Below are positions 8,154 to 15,261 of a stretch of DNA of 24,000 nt, piece after piece (the first letter of the stretch is position 1; each line of letters starts with the position of its first letter). Below the pieces are notes generated by a model that saw only the letters and a program-made list of their open reading frames with translations, made no database searches and was not told the DNA's origin. Source of the DNA: Xanthomonas phage XacN1; the sequence record AP018399.1. The stretch is one strand, 5' to 3'. Position numbers and translations under genes: made by a program.

Positions 8154-9065
8154 TTGAAGAAGATTTTTACCCTGCTGTTTGCGTCCATCATGGCCCTGAG
8201 CCTGTCGGCCTGTCGTGGTGAACTGGTGGAAGTCCCGCCTGCCCACGTCGGCAAAATCATGACCAAGGACGGCTACCGCGAAGGCGTCATCGGTACCTCC
8301 AAGTTCCGCCTCGACGTGTGCTACAACTACTGCGACAAGCTGGTTCTGCTGCCGGTCGCTGACCAAGCGAACATCGAAACCCTCGACATTTTCATGCCGC
8401 AGGACAAGCTCAAGCTCAAGGTCACCATCCGCACCAACCTGACCATCACCGACAAGAAGCAGATGGACTCGCTGTTCAACAGCGTTGCTCCTACCGAGTC
8501 GGAAGAGAGCCAGAAGGTTGCCCGCATCGGCCGCGATATCGTCTACAAGACCTATGCGCAGCAGATTATCCAGACCGAAGCTCGCGAATACCTGAGCCAG
8601 TTCACCATCGCCGAAGTCGCAAGTTCGATGGAGAAGGTGAATGCTGACCTGTCGGCCCGTCTGTCGAAGGCCATCAAGGAACGCACCCCGTTCAACGTTC
8701 GCTACGTCGGCATCACTGGTATCGAATACCCGGCCATCATCACCGAAGCGCAGGAAAATGCTGCGAAGCGTCGTGAAATGATTGAGCAGGAAAATGCGCA
8801 GAAGCAGGTTGACCAAGTGAAGCTGGAACGCCAGTTGAACGAAGCTCAGTTGCAGCGCAAGATTGACGTGGAAAAGGCGGAAGCCGATGCCGAAGCTGAC
8901 CGCATTCGTGCCGTCGCTGCCAACAACCCGGCCGTCATCAAGCTGCGTGAACTGGAAAATGAGCGTGCATGGATTGACGCTTGGAAGGCTGGTGGTTCGC
9001 AAGTCCCAAGCGTCGTGACCGGTGAGCAGGGCAGTAACTTCCTGATGCAGATGCCGAAGAAGTAA
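8154..9065 (+). CDS. SPFH/Band-7 (prohibitin/HflK-like) lipoprotein
   Basis: Lipobox (LSLSAC), GKIMTKDGY..., GITGIEYPAII, long charged coiled coil (AEADAEADRIRAV...). Confidence 0.75.
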   Translation: MKKIFTLLFASIMALSLSACRGELVEVPPAHVGKIMTKDGYREGVIGTSKFRLDVCYNYCDKLVLLPVADQANIETLDIFMPQDKLKLKVTIRTNLTITDKKQMDSLFNSVAPTESEESQKVARIGRDIVYKTYAQQIIQTEAREYLSQFTIAEVASSMEKVNADLSARLSKAIKERTPFNVRYVGITGIEYPAIITEAQENAAKRREMIEQENAQKQVDQVKLERQLNEAQLQRKIDVEKAEADAEADRIRAVAANNPAVIKLRELENERAWIDAWKAGGSQVPSVVTGEQGSNFLMQMPKK

Positions 9066-9087
9066 TCCCGCACAGGGGAATGCAGAA

Positions 9088-9115
9088 AAGGGAGCCGAAA
9101 GGTTCCCTTTTTTGT
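9088..9115 (+). terminator. Rho-independent terminator
   Basis: GGGAGCC-GAAA-GGTTCCC followed by TTTTTT. Confidence 0.9.
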
Positions 9116-9142
9116 TGACACAAGTTCTACATCTGGTATAAT
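9115..9142 (+). promoter_or_regulatory. sigma70 promoter
   Basis: TTGACA-16-TATAAT. Confidence 0.85.
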
Positions 9143-9172
9143 TCCCTCATCATCAACGGAGAAGTTCAACAC

Positions 9173-9592
9173 ATGGTTCTGTTCCTCAATTACCTGCCGT
9201 ACCTCATCATCGCTCTGGGTCTGTTCCTCTGCTACCGTGCCAGCGTCAAGCACAAGGGCACCGACAAGGTTGGCAAGAGAATCGTCCTCTGGCTGGCCCT
9301 GACCATCGTCGCTCTCATCGCCCTGCGTGCAGTGAGCAATGGATATCTCGGCAAGGCTGTCGGTGCGAAGCTGGAAACCCCGACCGTGGAAGAACTGGCT
9401 ACCGAAGCCGAAGAAGCCGCCCCCATCAAGGACGTGCTGCGCAAGCCTGACCGAACGGCCGAAGAGTCCGACAAGCACTTCGCTGCTCTGACCGACTGGC
9501 GAGCCGACAAGGCAGCGCGGGAGAACCCGCCGAAGCCGGAACCGGAAGCCACTACGGAAACGCAGGAACTTCCACTCCCCGCCAAGCAGTAA
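9173..9592 (+). CDS. small membrane protein, 139 aa
   Basis: Two hydrophobic segments in an intact ORF. Confidence 0.7.
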   Translation: MVLFLNYLPYLIIALGLFLCYRASVKHKGTDKVGKRIVLWLALTIVALIALRAVSNGYLGKAVGAKLETPTVEELATEAEEAAPIKDVLRKPDRTAEESDKHFAALTDWRADKAARENPPKPEPEATTETQELPLPAKQ

Positions 9593-9597
9593 AAATG

Positions 9598-9632
9598 AAG
9601 AGTCAAGTATCGAAAGGTACTTGACTCTTTCA
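9598..9632 (+). terminator. terminator hairpin overlapping the next -35
   Basis: AAGAGTCAAGTA...TACTTGACTCTT perfect 12-bp inverted repeat + T-rich tail. Confidence 0.7.
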
Positions 9633-9649
9633 TTATGAACGGTTATAAT
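9621..9649 (+). promoter_or_regulatory. sigma70-like promoter
   Basis: TTGACT-17-TATAAT. Confidence 0.75.
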
Positions 9650-9676
9650 TTCGGCCTACTCCAACGGAACACCGAA

Positions 9677-11338
9677 ATGACCGACCAGATTGACGACACC
9701 GCCGAACGCATCAAGAAGCTGCTGATTTCGTTGGTGGAAAGGCTCGGCCCGGATGCTGACCCGGATATGGTCGCCGAGATTCAGATGATGCGTGCGGCCG
9801 ACATTATCAAGTCGCACCTGACCGATATCACCAAGGCCCGTACCATCGTGCTGACTGGCGATACGTCGCACCTGTCGGTTCGCAGCATCATCCAGCGCCT
9901 TGCGGATATCGACAAGCCGAAGCGGTACGACTTCCAAGACGACAACGTTCACGAACAGGAATTCCTGCGTGGCCTGCTGCATTGCGTCCCCAGCTACATC
10001 ATGCGTGGCGACGTGACCAAGGAACAGGTCATGAATGCCATCGACGGCAAGGAATGGCTGGAACTGCCGGAAGGTCGTGAGTACAAGTGCTACGACTGTG
10101 CCCAGCCGCTCAAGGTGGCGTTCAAGGGCAATGAAGTCCGTATCACTGCCGAGAAGGTGTGCGAACACAATCACACGTTCACCATCGAAGTGGATTTCCC
10201 CACGGGTGAAGTCGTGTTCGATGACTGGCCGGCTCGTTTCTCGGAAGCCCGTGATGCTGGTTTCATCACCGAAACCGATGATGGCGAATCCATCAACTAC
10301 CTCAAGGGCCAGCGTCAGAGTACGGACAACTATGCCAGTCAGCAGATTGTCCATCACAGCGTCGGCAACACCTGTCCCACGTTCTTTGTGAACAAGGAAA
10401 CGGGTGCCATCCAGATTGGTAGCCGCTGGGATGATGAGCAGGACGAACACGTCACTCCGGAAGGCATGGAGGATGTTGGTTCCTTCTGCACGGACCTGTG
10501 GTGGGTGACCATGCTCGACCGCAAGTTCTACGACACCATCGTGGGCAAGCTGCCGCAGCAGAAGTCGAAGAAGTATTACGACAAGGAACTGCACATCGCG
10601 CACATTCCTCCGGGCCGCTATCGCTTTACCTGCTATGGCCGCACGGAAGAAGACATGGATATGTTCATGACCGGTGAACGTATCGGCGATGCCAGCGATT
10701 TCATGCCGCCGTTCGACGTGCTGGCTTCGAAGCGTCTCATGACTCTGGACGAAGCCACGTTCAAGTACCTGTCGATGTGGGGTAAGCCGCGAGGCAATCC
10801 GCTGTCCGCTCGTTTCCGCTTCCTCGACTACGTGTTCAACACCATCGGCAATGGCCTGCGTTCGAAGGGCGAACTGTTCAACGCTTACAGCATCGCCAAT
10901 GATGCCGTGGGTGATGTGATTCCGCCTTCGGATGACCCGCTGGACAAGAAGAATCCCTATCCGAATTTCAAGAAAGAATACAGCACCATCTACAGCGTAC
11001 CGCTGAAAGACATGCCTACGGATTGGCTGGAAGGCGTCTTGTGGTATTACGAAGAATGCAAGACCTACTTCGAAAATGGTGCGGAGGGCTATAGCTATGC
11101 CTACCCGTCAAAGCAAAACCGGGACGACGAACTCGCCAAGCACTTCGAAAAGTATCGCAAGGACGGACAAAGCGAAGAAGAATACTTCGCTGCGGTGTCC
11201 AAAGCATACGAATGTGAATTCCGGGGTGACATTCCGGATTTCCAAACCCGACGCTGGGAAAAGGAAAAGGCTCGCATCCTTGCTTTCATCAGCGACACCA
11301 TGAAGTACATCAAGGAAGAGCTTGACACGCGAGGTTGA
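9677..11338 (+). CDS. large hypothetical protein
   Basis: Longest ORF in the window; start MTDQIDDTAERIKK is downstream of the -10 at 9644. Confidence 0.85.
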   Translation: MTDQIDDTAERIKKLLISLVERLGPDADPDMVAEIQMMRAADIIKSHLTDITKARTIVLTGDTSHLSVRSIIQRLADIDKPKRYDFQDDNVHEQEFLRGLLHCVPSYIMRGDVTKEQVMNAIDGKEWLELPEGREYKCYDCAQPLKVAFKGNEVRITAEKVCEHNHTFTIEVDFPTGEVVFDDWPARFSEARDAGFITETDDGESINYLKGQRQSTDNYASQQIVHHSVGNTCPTFFVNKETGAIQIGSRWDDEQDEHVTPEGMEDVGSFCTDLWWVTMLDRKFYDTIVGKLPQQKSKKYYDKELHIAHIPPGRYRFTCYGRTEEDMDMFMTGERIGDASDFMPPFDVLASKRLMTLDEATFKYLSMWGKPRGNPLSARFRFLDYVFNTIGNGLRSKGELFNAYSIANDAVGDVIPPSDDPLDKKNPYPNFKKEYSTIYSVPLKDMPTDWLEGVLWYYEECKTYFENGAEGYSYAYPSKQNRDDELAKHFEKYRKDGQSEEEYFAAVSKAYECEFRGDIPDFQTRRWEKEKARILAFISDTMKYIKEELDTRG

Positions 11339-11349
11339 TGGGTTATAAT
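11322..11349 (+). promoter_or_regulatory. sigma70 promoter
   Basis: TTGACA-16-TATAAT. Confidence 0.8.
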
Positions 11350-11355
11350 AAACCC

Positions 11356-11712
11356 ATGACCTACACCGTCCAATACGCAGACAAGAGTCGGCTTCCGACT
11401 CTTGTCGCTGCCTACCAACTGGTTGACCAAGCTCTCAAGGGCTTGGCAATCACGAAGGATTGCGCGGTTACGCTCAATCGCTTCTACTACGACAATGAAT
11501 TCTTCCTCTTCAACTTCTCCGTGACGTTGAAGGGGACCAAGCCCTGCATGTACCTGCTTTCCATCCCCAATGACAGTGCGATGGGCATGATGGGCTGGAC
11601 TATCCGCAGCAACAAGTGGAATGGTCAGCGGGAGCCAATCGACTCGCCTGCGTTGTCATTCGGCCACTTCATCCGCAAGACGGACCACGACAAGAACAAG
11701 AAGAAGAAATGA
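11356..11712 (+). CDS. hypothetical protein
   Basis: ORF with likely start MTYTVQYADKSRL. Confidence 0.65.
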   Translation: MTYTVQYADKSRLPTLVAAYQLVDQALKGLAITKDCAVTLNRFYYDNEFFLFNFSVTLKGTKPCMYLLSIPNDSAMGMMGWTIRSNKWNGQREPIDSPALSFGHFIRKTDHDKNKKKK

Positions 11713-11951
11713 ACATCAACGAATACAAGAAGCGCAAGTTCCGTGAACTCAAGGCCAAGAAGAAGGCATTCGGCTTCGAACTATCGGTGCATGACCCGGC
11801 TTCCATCATCGCTGCCGCCAAGGCAATCGAAATGGCCGAATGGATGGACAAGGGCGTTCTGGTCGAATTCAAGACCGATTACAACGCGCGTGAACTGAAA
11901 ATCTATACCGATAACCCGGCTTTGGCTGGTGAAATGCGTCTTCTGTGTTGA
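11709..11951 (+). CDS. hypothetical protein
   Basis: ATGA overlap with upstream gene; MNINEYKKRKFRELK... Confidence 0.65.
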   Translation: MNINEYKKRKFRELKAKKKAFGFELSVHDPASIIAAAKAIEMAEWMDKGVLVEFKTDYNARELKIYTDNPALAGEMRLLC

Positions 11952-11976
11952 CAAATCATTGCCAGTATGATTAAAT
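11948..11976 (+). promoter_or_regulatory. sigma70-like promoter
   Basis: TTGACA-17-TTAAAT. Confidence 0.5.
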
Positions 11977-11983
11977 ACTGGTA

Positions 11984-12178
11984 ATGACAAACGAAAAAGA
12001 CATAGCTACAAGGGTAGCTGAAAAAGAAGCTGAGATTGAACGTTACAAAGAAATCCTCCACCGGTACCTAACCGGACCCTCACGAACCACTCGCTGGTAC
12101 AACAACGGCAAGGTTCATCTGGAAGAGCTAGAAGCAGAACTAGCTGAACTCAAAAAAGAACTTGACTCTCCAAGTTAA
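11984..12178 (+). CDS. hypothetical coiled-coil protein
   Basis: 64-aa intact ORF after promoter. Confidence 0.6.
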   Translation: MTNEKDIATRVAEKEAEIERYKEILHRYLTGPSRTTRWYNNGKVHLEELEAELAELKKELDSPS

Positions 12179-12189
12179 TCTGCTATAAT
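12162..12189 (+). promoter_or_regulatory. sigma70-like promoter
   Basis: TTGACT-16-TATAAT. Confidence 0.7.
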
Positions 12190-12218
12190 TACCCAATCTT
12201 CCCAACAGGAACACTTCA

Positions 12219-12530
12219 ATGCCTTGCAGTGATGGTGGTGTGGCGTATCCCCCGAGCAAAGAAGAACTGGCCGAGCGCGCTTTCATCAAGCGTGCCCCCG
12301 GTATGCTCTGCTCGGCCTGTCGTGCGCTGGAATCGTTCGGCTACGACTTCGACCTGAACCCGGAACTCGCCGACTGGTGGGCCAAGCACAAGGCCGAAGA
12401 TGCCGAGCGTGAGCGCAAGGAACACGCCAAGCGACTGGAACTGGAACAGGTGAACGAAATCATCAAGAAGCCGTTCAAGAACCTGACGGCCGAAGAAAAG
12501 CGTCTGCTCAAGAAGCACAACTACCTCTAA
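12219..12530 (+). CDS. hypothetical protein
   Basis: 103-aa intact ORF. Confidence 0.7.
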   Translation: MPCSDGGVAYPPSKEELAERAFIKRAPGMLCSACRALESFGYDFDLNPELADWWAKHKAEDAERERKEHAKRLELEQVNEIIKKPFKNLTAEEKRLLKKHNYL

Positions 12531-12539
12531 GGAACCAAC

Positions 12540-13079
12540 ATGAAATACATTCTCCTGATTCTCGCTCTGATGTTCTCGGCTCCGGTCTTCGCACAGCAGA
12601 CCGAACAGCGCACTCCGAGCGAACAACTGAACGCTGAAATCGCTCAGATGAGCGATGCACAGAAGGCCGAAGCTCTCAAGGCCATCCATGCCGGTCAGTC
12701 CGATACTGCGGCCAAGGCTCGCGAGTGGATTGATATCGGCAATGGCCTCGGTGCTGGTCTGGCCGCTACCGCTGAAAAGCTGGGCGTGGTTGCCAACGAC
12801 TTCGCCAAGTCTCCGGTCGGCAAGCTGGCAATGGTTCTCATCATCTGGAATTACATGGGTGATGACCTGTTGGGCGTCATCATCGGCTTCCCGATGCTGT
12901 TCCTCGGTGGCCTGATGTTCGTCTACCAGATGCGCAAGACCTATGGCATCTACAACGAAAAGGGCAAGTTCATTCAGTACGACGTGGTTGCTCTGAATGA
13001 CAGCCGTTGTGGCCCCGGTGTGTTCATGAGCATCGTGTTCGTCATCTACACCATTGTGTCGATTGTCGTCATCTGCTAA
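12540..13079 (+). CDS. secreted/membrane protein with signal peptide and 2 TM segments
   Basis: MKYILLILALMFSAPVFAQQ signal peptide; C-terminal hydrophobic segments. Confidence 0.75.
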   Translation: MKYILLILALMFSAPVFAQQTEQRTPSEQLNAEIAQMSDAQKAEALKAIHAGQSDTAAKAREWIDIGNGLGAGLAATAEKLGVVANDFAKSPVGKLAMVLIIWNYMGDDLLGVIIGFPMLFLGGLMFVYQMRKTYGIYNEKGKFIQYDVVALNDSRCGPGVFMSIVFVIYTIVSIVVIC

Positions 13080-13085
13080 GATAAC

Positions 13086-13161
13086 GGCCCGTTAGCTCAG
13101 CGGTCAGAGCAAGAGCCTCTAAAACTCCGGGTCGTGGGTTCGAATCCCACACGGGCCACCA
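13086..13161 (+). tRNA. tRNA with putative CUA anticodon (amber-reading), copy 1
   Basis: GGCCCGT/ACGGGCC acceptor, A73 CCA, canonical D and T arms, anticodon loop CTCTAAA flanked by a weak stem. Confidence 0.75.
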
Positions 13162-13168
13162 ATCAAAT

Positions 13169-13244
13169 GCTTTCGTAGCTCAGCGGTCAGAGCAAGAGCC
13201 TCTAAAACTCCGGGTCGTGGGTTCGAATCCCACCGAAAGCGCCA
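13169..13244 (+). tRNA. tRNA with putative CUA anticodon (amber-reading), copy 2
   Basis: GCTTTCG/CGAAAGC acceptor, G73 CCA; same 58-nt body as copy 1. Confidence 0.75.
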
Positions 13245-13249
13245 AGTTG

Positions 13250-13278
13250 TTGACAAACTCCCATCACTAAATTATACT
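13250..13278 (+). promoter_or_regulatory. sigma70-like promoter
   Basis: TTGACA-17-TATACT. Confidence 0.75.
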
Positions 13279-13284
13279 TGTGCC

Positions 13285-13599
13285 ATGAACGAAATCATCC
13301 AGAAGATGTTCCCCACTGGCACTCTCAATGGCCGTGGTGGTACCGAAGTGAACGGTCTGACCAAGGGCACGGTTCCGGCTGGTACCATTCTCAAGAGTGG
13401 ACAGGACAAGTTCGACAACAAGGGCCGTCGTGAATTCTACGCGGTCGAACTGGATGGGCATGTCGCGTACCTGCGAGTGTGCGAAGCATATCCGGGTAGT
13501 GGCTATGACGAATTCGCGGTTATACATCGCGTCGTCAAAGCCGAAGAGACGGAAGAAGTGAATGAAATTCTCAACACCGTTTCTCGTATGACCAGCTAA
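13285..13599 (+). CDS. hypothetical protein
   Basis: 104-aa intact ORF. Confidence 0.65.
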   Translation: MNEIIQKMFPTGTLNGRGGTEVNGLTKGTVPAGTILKSGQDKFDNKGRREFYAVELDGHVAYLRVCEAYPGSGYDEFAVIHRVVKAEETEEVNEILNTVSRMTS

Positions 13600-13606
13600 A
13601 AAGTAG

Positions 13607-13634
13607 TTGACAAGTTCGATTTTTGTAGTAAAGT
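13607..13634 (+). promoter_or_regulatory. sigma70-like promoter at head of ncRNA region
   Basis: TTGACA-16-TAAAGT. Confidence 0.6.
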
Positions 13635-13669
13635 ATCAATCTCGGTGACGGCATAGAGGCCACTCACTG

Positions 13670-13682
13670 GTTCTTTAACAAC
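13670..13682 (+). promoter_or_regulatory. rrn-like boxA antitermination element
   Basis: GTTCTTTAACAA closely matches rRNA-operon boxA (GCTCTTTAACAA). Confidence 0.6.
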
Positions 13683-13699
13683 TTGAGCGGAAACAAGTT
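13680..13699 (+). repeat. hairpin repeat motif, copy 1
   Basis: AACTTG-AGCGGAAA-CAAGTT. Confidence 0.55.
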
Positions 13700-13894
13700 C
13701 ATAGACTGAACATGCCTCGGTAGGTCAGTATGGTGGCAACACCATCTGGGGATGAGGACATGCTAGGAACCAATATGCTTTGGATACGCAGTGGTCGTTC
13801 ACTAGCCACGACTACGGTATACGCTATCAGCACACAATATGCATTGAATGTGCGGCGATTTGAAAGCTAGAGGCGTGTTCAATCTATGAATTTT

Positions 13895-14019
13895 TGGTAG
13901 GTAAGCAAGTGGGCAACGTAAGACGGCAATGGTGTAGGTATCCGTGAGGTATCAGAGTACGGTTGAGTCTCCCAGAAACCGTTTCAACTTCGTGAGTTCG
14001 AATCTCACCCTACCAGCCA
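13895..14019 (+). ncRNA. oversized tRNA-like RNA (125 nt), Gln-like ends
   Basis: TGGTAGG/CCTACCA acceptor (U1-A72), G73 CCA, GTGAG-TTCGAAT-CTCAC T-arm; centre contains ACGGTT...AACCGT and no obvious anticodon arm. Confidence 0.6.
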
Positions 14020-14026
14020 ATTCTAT

Positions 14027-14091
14027 GCACAGGTTACTTGGAAGCATCCGGTTGCGCACCGTGATGGGTGGTTCGATACCACTTCTGTGCC
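14027..14091 (+). ncRNA. mini tRNA-like RNA (65 nt)
   Basis: GCACAGG/TCTGTGC 7-bp stem, GGTGG-TTCGATA-CCACT T-arm, TTGCGCA loop, truncated D region, no encoded CCA. Confidence 0.5.
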
Positions 14092-14105
14092 GCGATTCGT
14101 ATAGT

Positions 14106-14252
14106 ATTCTGATGGCGAAATAGGTAGACGCGGGGGTCTAGGCCAATATGGAGAAGGGAGCTAAACATTCCCTCTGCTGCTCATGGTCGGAAACTGCTGT
14201 GAAAGCGTTGCAGCAAAACGCTGACCGTGTGGGTTCGACTCCCACTCAGAAA
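14106..14252 (+). ncRNA. oversized Leu-like tRNA-like RNA (about 147 nt)
   Basis: TTCTGA/TCAGAA stem, TGGCGAAATAGGTAGACGC Leu-type D-arm, GTGGG-TTCGACT-CCCAC T-arm; long insert with AGCGTT/AACGCT hairpin; no CCA. Confidence 0.5.
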
Positions 14253-14254
14253 TT

Positions 14255-14332
14255 ACTATATAACAGTATGGTCGTAATCCCTTTAAAATGAAGGGCGTTC
14301 GGACGCGGGTTCGATTCCCGCCACGTCCACCA
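14255..14332 (+). ncRNA. ssrA: permuted tmRNA, acceptor piece (5' boundary approximate)
   Basis: TTCGGACGCGGGTTCGATTCCCGCCACGTCCACCA: same TTCGGACGCGGG as the 3' end of E. coli tmRNA; CACGTCC pairs with GGGCGTG at 14447. Confidence 0.8.
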
Positions 14333-14446
14333 CATGCATCTTATAGCCAGAACTGAATCTGGTAAGAGGTAGTCAGCCACATTGAACCTTTCAGTAGAGC
14401 GCTGACCTAAGTCGCATGTAGTAACCCGCTTTAGGGTGCAAGTGAT

Positions 14447-14740
14447 GGGCGTGCCAAGGTTTCGACGGGCGAAGATAGTGGAGAAGGCGACTAGCCAGAG
14501 TAGGCTCTAAAACTAAAACCTAAAGTAACTGCCAACGCAAATACTTTCGATTACGCACTAGCTGCCTAATCCCAAGCACATCCAGCACTTGGTCACCGAA
14601 CGCTGGGCAATAGCAGTCCTTGGACTGTCTATTGTGAAACATCTTCTGGTTCAGCCAGCCTAGGCAAAAGACGCATGGCGGTATGGCACTCCGCATACAG
14701 AGGGTGTATTCACAATATGCAGTTCGTTATTGAGAGGAAA
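14447..14740 (+). ncRNA. ssrA: permuted tmRNA, coding piece (3' boundary approximate)
   Basis: GGGCGTGCCAAGGTTTCGACGGG start signature and tag ORF GCCAACGCAAATACTTTCGATTACGCACTAGCTGCCTAA at 14531-14569 (ANANTFDYALAA*), preceded by AGTAACT. Confidence 0.85.
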
Positions 14741-14845
14741 TGTAGGTTCGATTCCTACGGTCGCCGCAGACCCCACTATGCTGGTCTGTGAAAAACAGTC
14801 GATATGGGTTAATATGGAAAACGCCTCTCATCTTTCAAATAGGAG

Positions 14846-14874
14846 TTGACAATGAGCATTGTTTTTGCTACTAT
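14846..14874 (+). promoter_or_regulatory. sigma70-like promoter inside ncRNA region
   Basis: TTGACA-17-TACTAT. Confidence 0.55.
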
Positions 14875-14896
14875 GTCGGCTTCTGTAACAAGCTAC

Positions 14897-15090
14897 GCCC
14901 TTGAGTAAGACAGTCAGGGAGTAAGCTCTTAATGTGAGCATGGTCGCCCCCACCTTTTGATAGGCTAGCCGGGGAGAGGTTCGAATCCTCTAAGCACCGT
15001 TAGGCTGAGACGAAAGGACTACGTTGCGAAGCATTGCACGCCAATTCCGGAAACGGCTGGTAGTGTTAGCATCCGACTACAAGGGCACCA
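14897..15090 (+). ncRNA. possible large tRNA-like/structured RNA
   Basis: GCCCTTG/CAAGGGC perfect 7-bp ends followed by ACCA; internal T-arm AGAGG-TTCGAAT-CCTCT. Confidence 0.3.
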
Positions 15091-15099
15091 AATTAGGTG

Positions 15100-15127
15100 T
15101 TGACAAACGAAGAAAGTATGGTAATAT
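15100..15127 (+). promoter_or_regulatory. sigma70-like promoter inside ncRNA region
   Basis: TTGACA-16-TAATAT. Confidence 0.6.
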
Positions 15128-15236
15128 GTACTTCTTCACCGGTAACCACTGACGATTGGCCCACCGCAAAAGGGCCGAAACAGAGAGACACAAGCGAGTT
15201 TACCTCCTTCCTCGCCGTCTCCTGTCTGGTTTGACA

Positions 15237-15261
15237 ACTTGAGTGCGGAAACAATCTCAAG
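15237..15261 (+). repeat. hairpin repeat motif, copy 2
   Basis: CTTGAG-TGCGGAAACAAT-CTCAAG. Confidence 0.5.

Noticed and set aside
14405-14430. GACCTAAGTCGCATGTAGTAA in the tmRNA intervening segment resembles E. coli tmRNA GACUAAGCAUGUAGUA
   Set aside because: Suggestive but placed outside both mature pieces in the permuted model; could be a relic or chance, so not claimed as functional.
14448-14768. Conventional one-piece tmRNA ending at GTAGG-TTCGATT-CCTAC-GGTCGCC-G
   Set aside because: Needs a bulged acceptor (GGCG[U]GCC/GGUCGCC) and has no ACCA. The upstream CACGTCC-ACCA half pairs perfectly, has G3.U70 and matches the E. coli TTCGGACGCGGG 3' signature, so the permuted model is preferred. 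The downstream T-arm remains unexplained.
14852-14908. Tiny ORF MSIVFATMSASVTSYALE*
   Set aside because: Overlaps the spacer and -10 of a TTGACA-17-TACTAT promoter and has no separate RBS evidence.
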